Of a stretch of DNA of 64,000 bases, positions 30,353 to 40,725 are shown piece after piece (position 1 is the stretch's first letter; the number at the start of each line of letters is the position of its first letter). Source of the DNA: Candidatus Saccharimonadales bacterium (GTDB lineage: Bacteria; Patescibacteriota; Saccharimonadia; Saccharimonadales; 2-12-FULL-41-12). The DNA lies in assembly GCA_025451045.1 (NCBI GenBank), contig JANWLD010000003.1, forward strand, positions 69,690 through 133,689. The letters are read 5' to 3'. The position numbers and the translations under genes were made by a program. The notes under the pieces were generated by a model. That model ran no database searches, was not told the origin of the DNA, and worked only from the letters and a program-made list of their open reading frames with translations.

Positions 30353-30445
30353 CGCAGTATAATAAACTAATTTTAGACAAAAAGTCCACAAAATGGTAGA
30401 AAAATAGAAACCGACGGCAGTGATTTTGTTTTATAATAAAGCGGC

Positions 30446-31501
30446 ATGGCAGAAAAACTTGGCAGACGATGGCGCAAAGCTATAACCATCGCTACTTTTG
30501 TAGCATTGACGTTGCTTATATATTTTTCGTGGGAAGAAATAGTCGATACCTTCAAGCGCTTTAATGAAGTAAACGCCCCGATTTTGGCTTTGATAGTACT
30601 ACTGCAATTTTTGAACCATCATTCCTATGCCAAGGTTTACCAGTCTTTGTTTAAAATAGTCGGTAAAACACTGAGGTATTGGCCGATGTTTCGGGTGTCG
30701 CTGGAAGTTAATTTCGTCAATAATGTGTTTCCGACAGGCGGCTTGACTGGCTTTTCGTATTTTGGCCTGAGGATGCAGCAGTTTGAGGTAAATGCTGGCA
30801 AATCCACACTGGTCCAGATGATGCGCTGGGTAGGTGTTTTCCTGTCCTTTCAGGTGCTGACACTGTTCGGGCTGGTTTCGCTGGCGGTGGAAGGCAAGGT
30901 CAATAACTTTACTATTTTGATAGCCAGCTCGCTGGTGACGTTGATTTTGGTCGGGACGATATTTATTACCTATATTGTGGGCAGCCGCCAGCGGATAGAC
31001 GCGTTTTTTACCTGGATTACCAAAGCGATAAACCGGGTTATCCAAGTGGTGCGGCCGAAACATCCGGAAACTATCAATGTAGCATCGTCGCGGCAGATGT
31101 TCTTTGACTTGCATGAAGACTACAACATTATTAAAAAAAGCTATACCAAGCTTGGAGCTTGGTTTGTTTATTCACTATTGGCCAACGTGGTTGAGATTGC
31201 CAGCATCTACGCAATTTATCTAGCCTTTGGCGACGTGGTTAATCCGGGGGCGGTCATTTTGGCTTATATCATTGCCAGCTTTGCCGGCTTTATATCAGTT
31301 TTGCCGGGCGGCGTAGGTATATATGAAGGTTTGATGGTCGCGGTATTGGCTACTGCCGGAATATCTCCGGGTATAAGCATTCCGGCGACGGTGATGTACC
31401 GTGTGCTGACCTCGGCTATCCAGTTACCGCCGGGATATTATTTTTACCAAAAAGCGATAGATGATACCGGCTGGGAGAAACCGGACAAGGGAAAAAAATG
31501 A
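30446..31501 (+). CDS. lysylphosphatidylglycerol synthase TM-domain (flippase-like) protein
   Basis: multi-TM, NFVNNVFPTGG, LPGGVGIYE, MYRVLT. Confidence 0.85.
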   Translation: MAEKLGRRWRKAITIATFVALTLLIYFSWEEIVDTFKRFNEVNAPILALIVLLQFLNHHSYAKVYQSLFKIVGKTLRYWPMFRVSLEVNFVNNVFPTGGLTGFSYFGLRMQQFEVNAGKSTLVQMMRWVGVFLSFQVLTLFGLVSLAVEGKVNNFTILIASSLVTLILVGTIFITYIVGSRQRIDAFFTWITKAINRVIQVVRPKHPETINVASSRQMFFDLHEDYNIIKKSYTKLGAWFVYSLLANVVEIASIYAIYLAFGDVVNPGAVILAYIIASFAGFISVLPGGVGIYEGLMVAVLATAGISPGISIPATVMYRVLTSAIQLPPGYYFYQKAIDDTGWEKPDKGKK

Positions 31502-32619
31502 TTGGCACGGATCCGACTTTTTCGGTCAGCGAATTCGTAGCGGTTTTTAACCAGTCGATGGAAATGGTTTATCCAAGCGTCGGTATCACTGGCGAACTGG
31601 CCAATTTCCGGATTAGAAAAGGCCGCTGGTTGTATTTTGACCTTAAGGATGAAGATGCCAGCGTACCGTTCTTTGGCACAGTCCAGCAGCTGCCGGGGCC
31701 GCTGGAAGACGGGCTGAATCTGGAAATCTTCGGCCGGCCGCGCCTGCATCCGCAATTCGGCTTTACGGTCAATGTGACGAATATACAAGTGGTAGGCAAA
31801 GGTTCACTGAAAAAAGCCCAGGCGATGCTGGCTAAGAAACTCAAAGACGAGGGATTGTTTAGCGCCGAACGCAAACGACCGCTAGCGTACCCGCCGGAAC
31901 GCATCGGGCTGATTACCTCTATAGAATCGGCCGCTTACGCTGATTTTGTGAAAATAATAAACCAGCGTTGGGGCAATATGAACATTGAACTGGCGGATTC
32001 TTTAGTACAGGGGATGGAAGCGCCGACGCAACTGGTGAATGCGATTGAATATTTTAACCAGCTGGCTAATCCGCCGGAGGTTTTGGTAATAATCCGCGGC
32101 GGCGGCAGTGCTGATGATTTGGCGGCTTTTTCTACCGAACAGGTAGTTCGGGCGGTAGCGGCCAGCCGTATACCGACACTTGTAGCCATCGGCCACGAAG
32201 TAGACATCAGTTTGGCCGAGTTGGCGGCCGACAAGCAGGCCAGCACGCCAAGCAATGCCGCCGAACTGCTAGCGCCAGATATTGGTAATGAGCGGGTCAA
32301 TCTGGCTAGTTTGAAGAAGCATATGCACTATTCATTGCAGGCGGTTTATACGGATAAAAAACAGCAGACGGATGAAACGCGGGTTAAATTGGACGAAATT
32401 TTGAATAATATTATTACTCGTATAGAAACAGACCTCCAACAGAGGAGAATTTTACTCAAAACACTTGATCCAAAGGCGCCTTTGAGCCGCGGTTTTGCGC
32501 TAATCAGGGGGCCAAAAGGCGAGCTGATAAAGGCGGTAGCGGCGGCCAAGAGAGCCGGCCGGCTTTCAATAGATTTGCGCGACGGCACGATAAGTGCCAA
32601 AGTAGTGGACAAGGACTGA
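31498..32619 (+). CDS. xseA: exodeoxyribonuclease VII large subunit
   Basis: GELANF..YFDLKD, RGGGSADDL, AIGHEVD, TPSNAAE. Confidence 0.96.
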   Translation: MIGTDPTFSVSEFVAVFNQSMEMVYPSVGITGELANFRIRKGRWLYFDLKDEDASVPFFGTVQQLPGPLEDGLNLEIFGRPRLHPQFGFTVNVTNIQVVGKGSLKKAQAMLAKKLKDEGLFSAERKRPLAYPPERIGLITSIESAAYADFVKIINQRWGNMNIELADSLVQGMEAPTQLVNAIEYFNQLANPPEVLVIIRGGGSADDLAAFSTEQVVRAVAASRIPTLVAIGHEVDISLAELAADKQASTPSNAAELLAPDIGNERVNLASLKKHMHYSLQAVYTDKKQQTDETRVKLDEILNNIITRIETDLQQRRILLKTLDPKAPLSRGFALIRGPKGELIKAVAAAKRAGRLSIDLRDGTISAKVVDKD

Positions 32620-32620
32620 G

Positions 32621-32815
32621 ATGGCAAAACAGGCAAAAACATATCGGCAATTAAAAGAAGAGTTGGACACGGTTTTGACTGAACTGGAAGCCGGCAGTGA
32701 TGATATTGACAAGTCTATAGACCAGTACAAGAAGGGTCGGGAGCTGATTGCGCAAATTGAAAAGTATCTGAAACACGCCAAAGCGAAAATAGACATCTTA
32801 AAACCGCCAAAATAA
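32621..32815 (+). CDS. xseB: exodeoxyribonuclease VII small subunit
   Basis: 64 aa directly after xseA; LE....IDKSIDQYKKG pattern. Confidence 0.88.
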   Translation: MAKQAKTYRQLKEELDTVLTELEAGSDDIDKSIDQYKKGRELIAQIEKYLKHAKAKIDILKPPK

Positions 32816-32816
32816 G

Positions 32817-33305
32817 ATGATTTATATATATCTGGCGGTGGTGTTGCTGACGGTATGCTTCTGCGGAGTGCTGTTGTTCGGCGCGCCGTATTTGCCGACT
32901 CTGGAAAAACAGCGGAAAACCGCGCTTGATTTGCTGGATTTGAAAAAGGGCCAGACACTTTTGGAGCCGGGTTCCGGCGACGGGCGGATATTGAAGCTGG
33001 CGGCCAAGCGGGGCATTAATGCGGTAGGCATCGAGCTTAACCCGATAATGTATTTGGTTTCACTATTGGTAACCTTCCGCTACCGCAAGAAAATCAAAAT
33101 CGTCTGGGGTGATTTTTGGAAAGTCGATTGGCCGGAGGCAGATGGCATATTCCTGTTTTTAATCACCAGATACATGCCGAAATTCGATGAAAAAATGAAA
33201 ACCGGCCGGAAAAAACCGGTCAAAGTCGCCAGCTTTGCCTTTCCTATACCGGGCAAAAAACCGGTCAAAGAAAAAGACGGCGTTTTCCTCTACGAATATA
33301 GATAA
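32817..33305 (+). CDS. membrane-anchored SAM-dependent methyltransferase
   Basis: GAPYLPT, EPGSGDGR, GIELNP. Confidence 0.85.
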   Translation: MIYIYLAVVLLTVCFCGVLLFGAPYLPTLEKQRKTALDLLDLKKGQTLLEPGSGDGRILKLAAKRGINAVGIELNPIMYLVSLLVTFRYRKKIKIVWGDFWKVDWPEADGIFLFLITRYMPKFDEKMKTGRKKPVKVASFAFPIPGKKPVKEKDGVFLYEYR

Positions 33306-33337
33306 AGAGCAAGCATTTTTGTGTTACCATAAGGGTT

Positions 33338-33988
33338 ATGAAAATCAGAGACAAACAAGCCGGTGAGGCCAATTTTCTGCTGATATCGCTGATTTTTGCC
33401 GCTGTATTATTGCTGGCGGCATTGAGCTTCGGTTTATGGGCGTTTATGTCGCGCCAAGACTATAAGAATAATTCTGACCAAAAGGCCGCTGCAGCCGCCG
33501 AAGTTGCTAGCCAGCAGACTGCGGCCCAAAAAGATAATGAATATCTGGAAAAAGAGAAATATCCGCTCAAAGCTTACCAAGGCCCGTCTAATCTGGGCTC
33601 GATTTCAATGAAATATCCGAAAACCTGGAGTGGTTATATATCATCTGCGGATGAAAACTCATTTATATTTAACCCGGATGTTATCAATGGGGCCGATAAC
33701 ACGTTGTATGCCCTAAAAATCAGCGTCAAAGAAGACCAATACAGCGATACGATAAGCCAATATGACAGCCAGGTTCAGGACGGGAAGCTGAGGGCTAAGG
33801 CTTACAGCTTGCCGAAAGTATCGTCGGTTATCGGCGTCCGCTTTGACGGTGAAATAGAAGACGGCAAGCCGGGAGCGCTGGTGGTTTTGCCGCTGCGCGA
33901 CAAGACGATAACGATAGAGTGCCAAATTCCGGATAGGTTGAAGGACTTCAATAAGATTATTCTTCCGAATATCAGCTTTAATCCGTAA
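33338..33988 (+). CDS. membrane-anchored exported protein with prepilin-like N-terminus
   Basis: KQAG then hydrophobic helix; YPKTW motif. Confidence 0.65.
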   Translation: MKIRDKQAGEANFLLISLIFAAVLLLAALSFGLWAFMSRQDYKNNSDQKAAAAAEVASQQTAAQKDNEYLEKEKYPLKAYQGPSNLGSISMKYPKTWSGYISSADENSFIFNPDVINGADNTLYALKISVKEDQYSDTISQYDSQVQDGKLRAKAYSLPKVSSVIGVRFDGEIEDGKPGALVVLPLRDKTITIECQIPDRLKDFNKIILPNISFNP

Positions 33989-34057
33989 TCGGACATTTCA
34001 TTTTCGGGGCGGTTCTTTCAAAGAACCAAACCTTTCGGCAGGTACTTCGTACCTACC

Positions 34058-34236
34058 ACCGACCCGCTTTTGGTGTCAAAAGCGGGACAAAACCACCGGG
34101 ACTAGTTCAATATCTTTATTGTTTCATTGCCCAAGCCAACAACAGCCTGCGGAACTCCCCATCGCTCAAACAGTCCTCGGCTATTAGTTGTTGTTTAGAC
34201 ATTCACCAATCAGGATATCTCACAATGCCCGGACCC
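34058..34236 (+). repeat. structured dispersed repeat, family A copy 2
   Basis: near-identical to 11812-11990. Confidence 0.9.
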
Positions 34237-34366
34237 TTATTTTTAGCAAATGCTGGATAAGATAAAAAAGGGTTGTTTATAAAAACGCGATTTCATTTGT
34301 GCTAGAGCTTGCGGTCGTGTTGTTGGCCCATGCTAAGATTGAAAGGTATTTAAGTGGGGTAAAACG

Positions 34367-35077
34367 GTGCATAACCAACCGGAAGACAAAAACCTGCCAT
34401 CCGAGGAAAAACTGCTCAGTGCTCTGGCAAAAGAGCTGAAAAACCCGCTGCTTTTGATTGCGCGGCAAGCCGAATTGGAGAAAACGGGTGATGCGGCCGG
34501 GGCTCTTCAATCTATACAAAAAACGGCCGAAAACACACTCCAGCTCGTTGACAATTACCTGCTGGCCGCCCGCTCCGAGTATGGCCAGCACCGCTTGCCG
34601 CTGGAAACAGTCGGTGTCGGCTCGGTGATTTACGAAGTAGCGAACGATATCGCGCCTTATGCCAAGGCCGGAAAGATTGATTTTGGCATGGAAGTGAAAG
34701 ACGGTGAAGTAATGGCTAATCGCAAAGGGTTAAAAGCAGCAATTCGCTGCCTGTCCGAGCTGGTTATCGCCCAGCAGACCAAAGGAAAAGACGGCCGCCA
34801 AAAAGTCCGCATCCGGGCTGAAAGGGAAAAGGAAATAATCTCGGTTTCGGTACTCGGCAGTACGCTTGAGATTACCAACAAAGATATCGAGCTGGCCCGT
34901 CAGTTGCAGGGCAACGCACATTTGGCTGGCGGCAAGTTGTTTGACAGCGGCGTCCGGCTTGCTATTGCCGACATTCTGGCCGGGTCATTGGGAGCAAGCT
35001 TGCAGGTTAGGCAGATTGACGGGTTGAAAGGGCTTAACTTTGAGCTGGCGCGCAGTACCCAGCTTAGCCTGGTATAA
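34367..35077 (+). CDS. degenerate histidine kinase-like protein
   Basis: AKELKNPL where the H-box HELKxPL is expected; DSGVRLAIA where the G2 box is expected. Confidence 0.75.
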   Translation: MHNQPEDKNLPSEEKLLSALAKELKNPLLLIARQAELEKTGDAAGALQSIQKTAENTLQLVDNYLLAARSEYGQHRLPLETVGVGSVIYEVANDIAPYAKAGKIDFGMEVKDGEVMANRKGLKAAIRCLSELVIAQQTKGKDGRQKVRIRAEREKEIISVSVLGSTLEITNKDIELARQLQGNAHLAGGKLFDSGVRLAIADILAGSLGASLQVRQIDGLKGLNFELARSTQLSLV

Positions 35078-35080
35078 ATT

Positions 35081-35473
35081 ATGAAAGCTACGGATATACT
35101 TATCATCGAACCGTTGGAAGACTTGGCCAAGGTGCTGGCTCGGGCTTTCAAACGCAGCGGGCTGAGTTCGGCAATCGCAACCACGGCGCAGGAAGCCATC
35201 CGGCTGGCGGACGAGAAAGCACCGAGATTGGTGGTTATCGAGCTGCTGATACCCGGGCATAACGGAATGGAATTTATTCATGAATTTCGTTCGTATCCGG
35301 AGTGGTTAAAAACCCCGATAATCTTATATAGCCATCTGGCACCGGAAGAATTAGGCTTAAGCGACGAAGCAATGCAGGATATGGGTATCGCCGGACATTT
35401 TTATAAGCCGACGACTTCCCTTGGTAAATTGGTCGGGGCGACGGAGTCTATCTTTGCGCGCGAACATAATTGA
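35081..35473 (+). CDS. atypical receiver-domain protein
   Basis: receiver fold; VVIELLIPGHNG has Glu at the phospho-Asp position. Confidence 0.8.
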   Translation: MKATDILIIEPLEDLAKVLARAFKRSGLSSAIATTAQEAIRLADEKAPRLVVIELLIPGHNGMEFIHEFRSYPEWLKTPIILYSHLAPEELGLSDEAMQDMGIAGHFYKPTTSLGKLVGATESIFAREHN

Positions 35474-36140
35474 TAAAGCCATAATACTGTCCCGGACTGA
35501 TTACGGCGAAAAAGACCGGCTGATAACGGTGCTAACACCGAATCATGGCAAATTGCGGGCGATTGCCAAAAGCGTACGCTCGAGCAAAAGCCGGTTAGCT
35601 GGCGGTATCGAACTGTTCGCCGAGAACGAACTCGGATTGGTAGAAGGCCGCGGCGACCTATACACCGTGACGCATAGCCGGATGAAGCGCTATTTCGGCG
35701 ATATCGCGAGAGATTTGGACCGCTCGATGTACGCTTACGAATGCTTGAAGGCGATAAATAAACTGGCTCCGGATCACGCGGGCGGGGATTATTATGATGA
35801 TTTGAGCAAGCTGTTTGCGGCGCTTAGCGAGGACAAAGTGCCGTTTATGCAAATAAAGATATGGTACGGGCTGAAACTGCTGGAGACGATGGGCGCTTCG
35901 CCGAACCTGATAACCGGACCGGACGGCAAGAAACTGACAGCGGGTGAAAGCTACCAATATGATTTTGACAAACATTGCTTTTACAACGCATCAGAAGGGG
36001 CTTATGGCGCTGACCATATCAAAACCCTGCGCCATCTATCGACGGCCAGCCAGCCGAAAGAGATAGTGGGCCTTGATGAAAAGCTGGCCGGTTCTGCTGA
36101 GCATTTAGTTACGCTGGAAGTCAAAAACCACCTCAGTTAA
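35454..36140 (+). CDS. recO: DNA repair protein RecO
   Basis: AIILSRTDYGEKDRLITVLT..HGKLRAIAKSVR; TTG 35454 probable start. Confidence 0.92.
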   Translation: MRANIIDKAIILSRTDYGEKDRLITVLTPNHGKLRAIAKSVRSSKSRLAGGIELFAENELGLVEGRGDLYTVTHSRMKRYFGDIARDLDRSMYAYECLKAINKLAPDHAGGDYYDDLSKLFAALSEDKVPFMQIKIWYGLKLLETMGASPNLITGPDGKKLTAGESYQYDFDKHCFYNASEGAYGADHIKTLRHLSTASQPKEIVGLDEKLAGSAEHLVTLEVKNHLS

Positions 36141-36196
36141 ATCTGGCTTACTGTTGACAAAAGTGGTATAATATAGATTGAAACAGGAGTTTTTCA

Positions 36197-37420
36197 ATGG
36201 CGAATCCGGAAGTTTTGGTGCCTAACAATATAGATTACGACTTTGGCAGAGGCAATGTCATGCAAGTCGGACGTATATTTCTGGGAGAAAATGGTGCATT
36301 TGCGGCTGAGCCTATGAAGGTAGACATATCCGTTGAACGATACGACGAATTGGGCATGGGCATACCGCAGTATGGCTCAGCGGAATTCGTAGGACAGTAT
36401 AAACAAAAATTAGTTGAGATCCGTGACAATCTGGAAATAATAGAGGATCCACAAACCGGCGATACTTTTGAAATCACCATCGTCAATAAAGATATTTTAG
36501 AAGACGGTGTGGGAGCGGTTGTGCAGATTTCTACGTCTAACTCAACGATTCCGGATAACCCCGGCAATGCTATTGAACTGGCGCAAAACGCCGTAATCAA
36601 TCCGAACAGAGCAATTATTTATGTCGCCAGTCCCGGCAACGGCGGTTCAATCAGCTTGACTGACGAAGAATTATTGCATGCCAAGCAAGACGGTTTATTG
36701 GTCCAGAGAAGCAGTTGGCAGGGCCTAGATTCTCCTCCTCCAGCAGAATTATACGAAGCATTTCCAACGATACAGGCTTTGGCGAGGGCGTTGGGAACAC
36801 TAGATGACAGAGTAACGCACTTGTCTTCCGATGCCAGCGGCGCGCATTATTCTTCGGCGCTTATGACGGCTTTGCCCGAAGGTCAATTGGAAGCGGCATT
36901 TTTATATAACCCGACAAATATATCTAGTCTCTCAGCATTGGGCTATAAGTTCAGGATGCTGAAGGAAATAGCCACCCAAGGACGCTACGGCGATGCGGCC
37001 GAACGTATGGCAGTAACTTCGGAAAGAATTGATGAAGCAAGACAGATAATGGGCAAAGATTTTGGCGCTAAAGCAACGCAATTGCGCTCAGGTACATTTC
37101 GATTGTCAAAAATGATGAATGAAGCGCAGATTTACCGCGGCGGCTGGGCCGGAGAACCCGGAAAAGCCGCAAAGACACACCTGACAATTGGCTTAAGCCG
37201 TCAGCCCGATGCGAAAGTTACTTACGCCTTTCCGGAGTTCAGCGCCAATTATAAAAGACCCAATGATATAGCTGAATTTATGAGAAGCGCATTGGATATC
37301 GGTGGTTTCTCATTAGATGCTGCCGGAGTCGAGGGCTACAAGTTGCCGGTAGGCCAGTATTGGCACAGCCATCATCCGTTTGCCCGTCTGGCCTTGCAAG
37401 ACGAAGCTTTCAACAGATAG
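36197..37420 (+). CDS. hypothetical protein (possible alpha/beta-hydrolase-like fold)
   Basis: 407-aa ORF with TTGACA/TATAAT-like boxes and AGGAG SD upstream. Confidence 0.6.
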   Translation: MANPEVLVPNNIDYDFGRGNVMQVGRIFLGENGAFAAEPMKVDISVERYDELGMGIPQYGSAEFVGQYKQKLVEIRDNLEIIEDPQTGDTFEITIVNKDILEDGVGAVVQISTSNSTIPDNPGNAIELAQNAVINPNRAIIYVASPGNGGSISLTDEELLHAKQDGLLVQRSSWQGLDSPPPAELYEAFPTIQALARALGTLDDRVTHLSSDASGAHYSSALMTALPEGQLEAAFLYNPTNISSLSALGYKFRMLKEIATQGRYGDAAERMAVTSERIDEARQIMGKDFGAKATQLRSGTFRLSKMMNEAQIYRGGWAGEPGKAAKTHLTIGLSRQPDAKVTYAFPEFSANYKRPNDIAEFMRSALDIGGFSLDAAGVEGYKLPVGQYWHSHHPFARLALQDEAFNR

Positions 37421-37456
37421 ATTTACGTTAGCCTTTAAGCTATAATCAAGCCCAAG

Positions 37457-38758
37457 ATGAGTGAAGTGAAGTTGGAAGATATTGTTTCTCTGTGCAAGCG
37501 CAGGGGTTTCATCTACCAGGGTTCCGAAGTTTACGGCGGCCTGGCCGGCACGTGGGATTACGGCCCGCTGGGCGTGGAGCTGAAGCGTAACATAATCCAC
37601 CTATGGTGGAAGACATTCGTGCAAGACCGCGATGACATGTACGGTGTAGACGCGGCGATTTTGATGAACCAGAAAGTCTGGCAAGCAAGTGGCCACGCGA
37701 CAGGCTTTAATGACCCAATGGTCGAATGCAAAAATTGTAAAGCAAGACTTCGCCAAGACCATGTTGAAAAAGACAAATGCCCGGTCTGCGGTACGGTCGG
37801 CAAATTCAGTGAGCCGCGCCAATTTAATATGATGTTCAAGACTAATGTCGGTCCGGTTGAGGATGATAGTTCTCTAAGTTATCTACGGCCGGAAACAGCA
37901 CAGGGGATTTTTACCAATTACAAGAATGTGTTAGATAGTTTTTATCCGGATTTGCCATTTGGTATGGCACAGATTGGTAAGGCTTTTAGAAATGAAATAA
38001 GCCCGCGGGATTTTGTATTCCGCAGCCGCGAATTCGGCCAAATGGAGATAGAATATTTCATTAATCCGGATGATTGGAAGCCGGAATTTGAAAAATGGGT
38101 TAAAGAAATCCACGAGTTCTTGGACAAACTCGGTTTGCCGAAAAATATGGTCCATGAGCTGGAAGTGCCGGAAGCCGATAGGGCGCATTATTCCGAACGG
38201 ACGATTGATTTTGAGTTTGATTATCCGCATAAACGCGACGAATTGCTCGGTCTGGCGTACCGCACCGATTTTGATTTAGGCAACATCGCAAAAGCTACCG
38301 GCAAGAATATGGAATACCGGCCAAAAGATGGTTCCAAGCCGTTTGTGCCGCATGTGATAGAGCCGAGTTTCGGCATAGAACGTGCTGTTATGGCCGTTTT
38401 GGTCAGCGCCTACAAGGAAGACGAAGTAGAAGGTGAGAAGCGCAGTTATTTGGCATTGCCGGAGCATCTGGCCCCCGTTAAAGTTGCTGTTAGTCCGCTA
38501 CTAAAGAACAAACCGGAGCTGGTTAAAAAAGCCCATGAAGTTTACAAAACGCTGAAAAAAGAATTCGGTAACGTGATGTATGACGACAACGGTAATATAG
38601 GCAAGAGGTACCGTCGCCAGGACGAAATCGGCACGCCACATTGCGTAACCATCGACTTCGACACACTAGAAGACGGCACAGTAACTCTACGAAACCGCGA
38701 CACCACCAAGCAAAACAGAATCAAAATAGCAGATTTAATTTCAGCAATAACTAATTAG
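37457..38758 (+). CDS. glyQS: glycine--tRNA ligase (homodimeric type)
   Basis: CKRRGF, DYGPLG, LRPETAQG, IEPSFG, RRQDEIGTP. Confidence 0.96.
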   Translation: MSEVKLEDIVSLCKRRGFIYQGSEVYGGLAGTWDYGPLGVELKRNIIHLWWKTFVQDRDDMYGVDAAILMNQKVWQASGHATGFNDPMVECKNCKARLRQDHVEKDKCPVCGTVGKFSEPRQFNMMFKTNVGPVEDDSSLSYLRPETAQGIFTNYKNVLDSFYPDLPFGMAQIGKAFRNEISPRDFVFRSREFGQMEIEYFINPDDWKPEFEKWVKEIHEFLDKLGLPKNMVHELEVPEADRAHYSERTIDFEFDYPHKRDELLGLAYRTDFDLGNIAKATGKNMEYRPKDGSKPFVPHVIEPSFGIERAVMAVLVSAYKEDEVEGEKRSYLALPEHLAPVKVAVSPLLKNKPELVKKAHEVYKTLKKEFGNVMYDDNGNIGKRYRRQDEIGTPHCVTIDFDTLEDGTVTLRNRDTTKQNRIKIADLISAITN

Positions 38759-39035
38759 CTGTAGCTTGTTGGGACGAGGGATCGGCTTCTAGTTCAACTT
38801 CGACTATTGGCTGAACTACGCGGGGAGCGATATCTTTTACGCCCTTTTTCCTTCGTGATTCAAGCCTGGTTTGTTGTCTATAATATCGACGATCTCTTGT
38901 CTTTATTTTGTCTGGGGCTCGCTGGGGAGTTTCATCAGGAAAAGCTTCTTCAGCCCAGTCTTGCCAATCACCATATGGATTATTGTTACCTGGATCACTT
39001 TCCTTAGACTGGCCAGAAAATTTTGATTGTGTCAC
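38751..39035 (-). CDS. small hypothetical protein
   Basis: 94-aa ORF, weak similarity to 40682-41020. Confidence 0.5.
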   Translation of the reverse strand: MTQSKFSGQSKESDPGNNNPYGDWQDWAEEAFPDETPQRAPDKIKTRDRRYYRQQTRLESRRKKGVKDIAPRVVQPIVEVELEADPSSQQATAN

Positions 39036-39145
39036 TGAAAAATGATAATAGAATTGCTATTATTTTGGCAAGCATGAGGATTTATTAAAATAATAAAGTT
39101 GCTATGATTGAAGCACGGTAAGACGGGTGGAGAAAGTGAGCTATT

Positions 39146-39643
39146 TTGCCAGACTCAGGTTATTCGCCGGAAATGGATAAATTAGCAGTTGATGCTTGGC
39201 ACAGCTTCAACTCCTTGAATAGTGGCTTTTTTACCTTGTCGCATTTTGAAAGAGGGAGCGTAGTCAAGGTTGATTTGGCTGGCGAACAGTCTGATGGCGT
39301 AATCTTGTCGGTGGATTCAGGTTTGAGTGGAATCCTTACGGAGCCACGTCATAATGTAATTCAACTTAAACATACCAATTGCCCGAATCTGGAGAATTTA
39401 CACGGCCGGGAAATTGGGCTGGGCGCAAGCGGTCTCCTGCCAACGCCTATTGGCGAAGTAGGCATATCTTTACGCGCTATAAGGAAAGGTTTTGAAGCGG
39501 TTTATTATTTGCCAGAACAAGTCGGCGGCAAATATGACTGTCCAAGAGAAGATCAGTATCATCATTTAATGGCCAATTATGGCCGTATAAGCATCAACGG
39601 CACTGTGTTGTTCGACCAAAAAGACAACTCTTTCCTTTTCTGA
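39146..39643 (+). CDS. hypothetical protein
   Basis: 165-aa ORF, start uncertain. Confidence 0.5.
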   Translation: MPDSGYSPEMDKLAVDAWHSFNSLNSGFFTLSHFERGSVVKVDLAGEQSDGVILSVDSGLSGILTEPRHNVIQLKHTNCPNLENLHGREIGLGASGLLPTPIGEVGISLRAIRKGFEAVYYLPEQVGGKYDCPREDQYHHLMANYGRISINGTVLFDQKDNSFLF

Positions 39644-39673
39644 ATTGGATGTCCAAAATGCTATGATTTAGTT

Positions 39674-40615
39674 ATGGAGAAGTTTAAGAAAGCTTTGGTT
39701 GTGGGTATAGATGAGGAGTCGCTAGACCAAGAATATTGGAGGCAAATAGATGGGCTAGTTGAGACAATTGTCAAAGTTCCGAAAGACGACCCGAGTATTC
39801 AAACCGAAATAGTTGATGTGGATTGTCTGCTTTTAGGCTTTCAGATTGATATTAACCGCGAACTTATAGAATCTGCCAAGGAACTGAAGTATATCGGGGT
39901 CATGGCAACGGCTTACGGCACAGTTGATACAGAAGCAGCGGCAGAAAAAGATATACCAGTTTGTAATTTGGCCGGATACAGCAGTGAGTCAGTGGCAGAG
40001 TTTACAATTGCGGTGATTCTTTCCAAAGTTCGCAAACTGGAAGAGGGTAGAAATATGGCGGCTAAAGGTGAATATTGGGATGCCAGCTTTTCGACAAAAG
40101 GATTAAAAGGTAATAATTTCGGAGTAGTCGGACTCGGCAGTATAGGCAACCGGGTTGCTGAATTGGCAGAGAGCTTCGGAGCAAATGTGTCTTATTGGTC
40201 GCGAAATGAAAAACAGACTGATTTTAAGAAAGTTGAGCTGGATGAACTATTATCAACTTCTGATTATATTTCACTAAACGTTGCGCAAACGGATGAAACG
40301 AACGGCTTGATTAATGCCGATAATCTTAAGTTAGTAAAGCAGGGTGCAATAATGGTGAGTACGGTTCCGCCGGAAGTCGTAGATACCGATGCTCTGGCAG
40401 AAAAATTAAAAACTGACAAAGATTTCATCTATATTACAGACCATCCGGATGAAATGGCAGAAGAAGATTTAGTAAAAATCAAAGACTTGCCGAACTGCAT
40501 TATATATCCGGCCATAGCCTACACAACGGAAGAGGCAAAGCAGGTTAAGCAGGATATGTTCGTCGGTAATATCAAGGCTGCTTTAGCCGGCAGGCCCAAA
40601 AACAAAGTTAATTGA
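39674..40615 (+). CDS. D-isomer-specific 2-hydroxyacid dehydrogenase family protein
   Basis: SESVAE, GVVGLGSIG Rossmann motif, SDYISL. Confidence 0.88.
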   Translation: MEKFKKALVVGIDEESLDQEYWRQIDGLVETIVKVPKDDPSIQTEIVDVDCLLLGFQIDINRELIESAKELKYIGVMATAYGTVDTEAAAEKDIPVCNLAGYSSESVAEFTIAVILSKVRKLEEGRNMAAKGEYWDASFSTKGLKGNNFGVVGLGSIGNRVAELAESFGANVSYWSRNEKQTDFKKVELDELLSTSDYISLNVAQTDETNGLINADNLKLVKQGAIMVSTVPPEVVDTDALAEKLKTDKDFIYITDHPDEMAEEDLVKIKDLPNCIIYPAIAYTTEEAKQVKQDMFVGNIKAALAGRPKNKVN

Positions 40616-40725
40616 TGAAAATAGTTGATTTGTCGGTTGCGGTTAATGAGGATACCCCGGCTTATCCGGGCGACCCGAAAATTAAGGCGTTCTTTGATCT
40701 TGTTCCTGGGCTATATCGTGGATAG
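40615..40725 (+). pseudogene. truncated cyclase (kynurenine formamidase-like) N-terminal remnant
   Basis: MKIVDLSVAVNEDTPAYPGDP matches the family N-terminus (DLS..P.YPGDP), then runs into a convergent ORFan. Confidence 0.7.
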
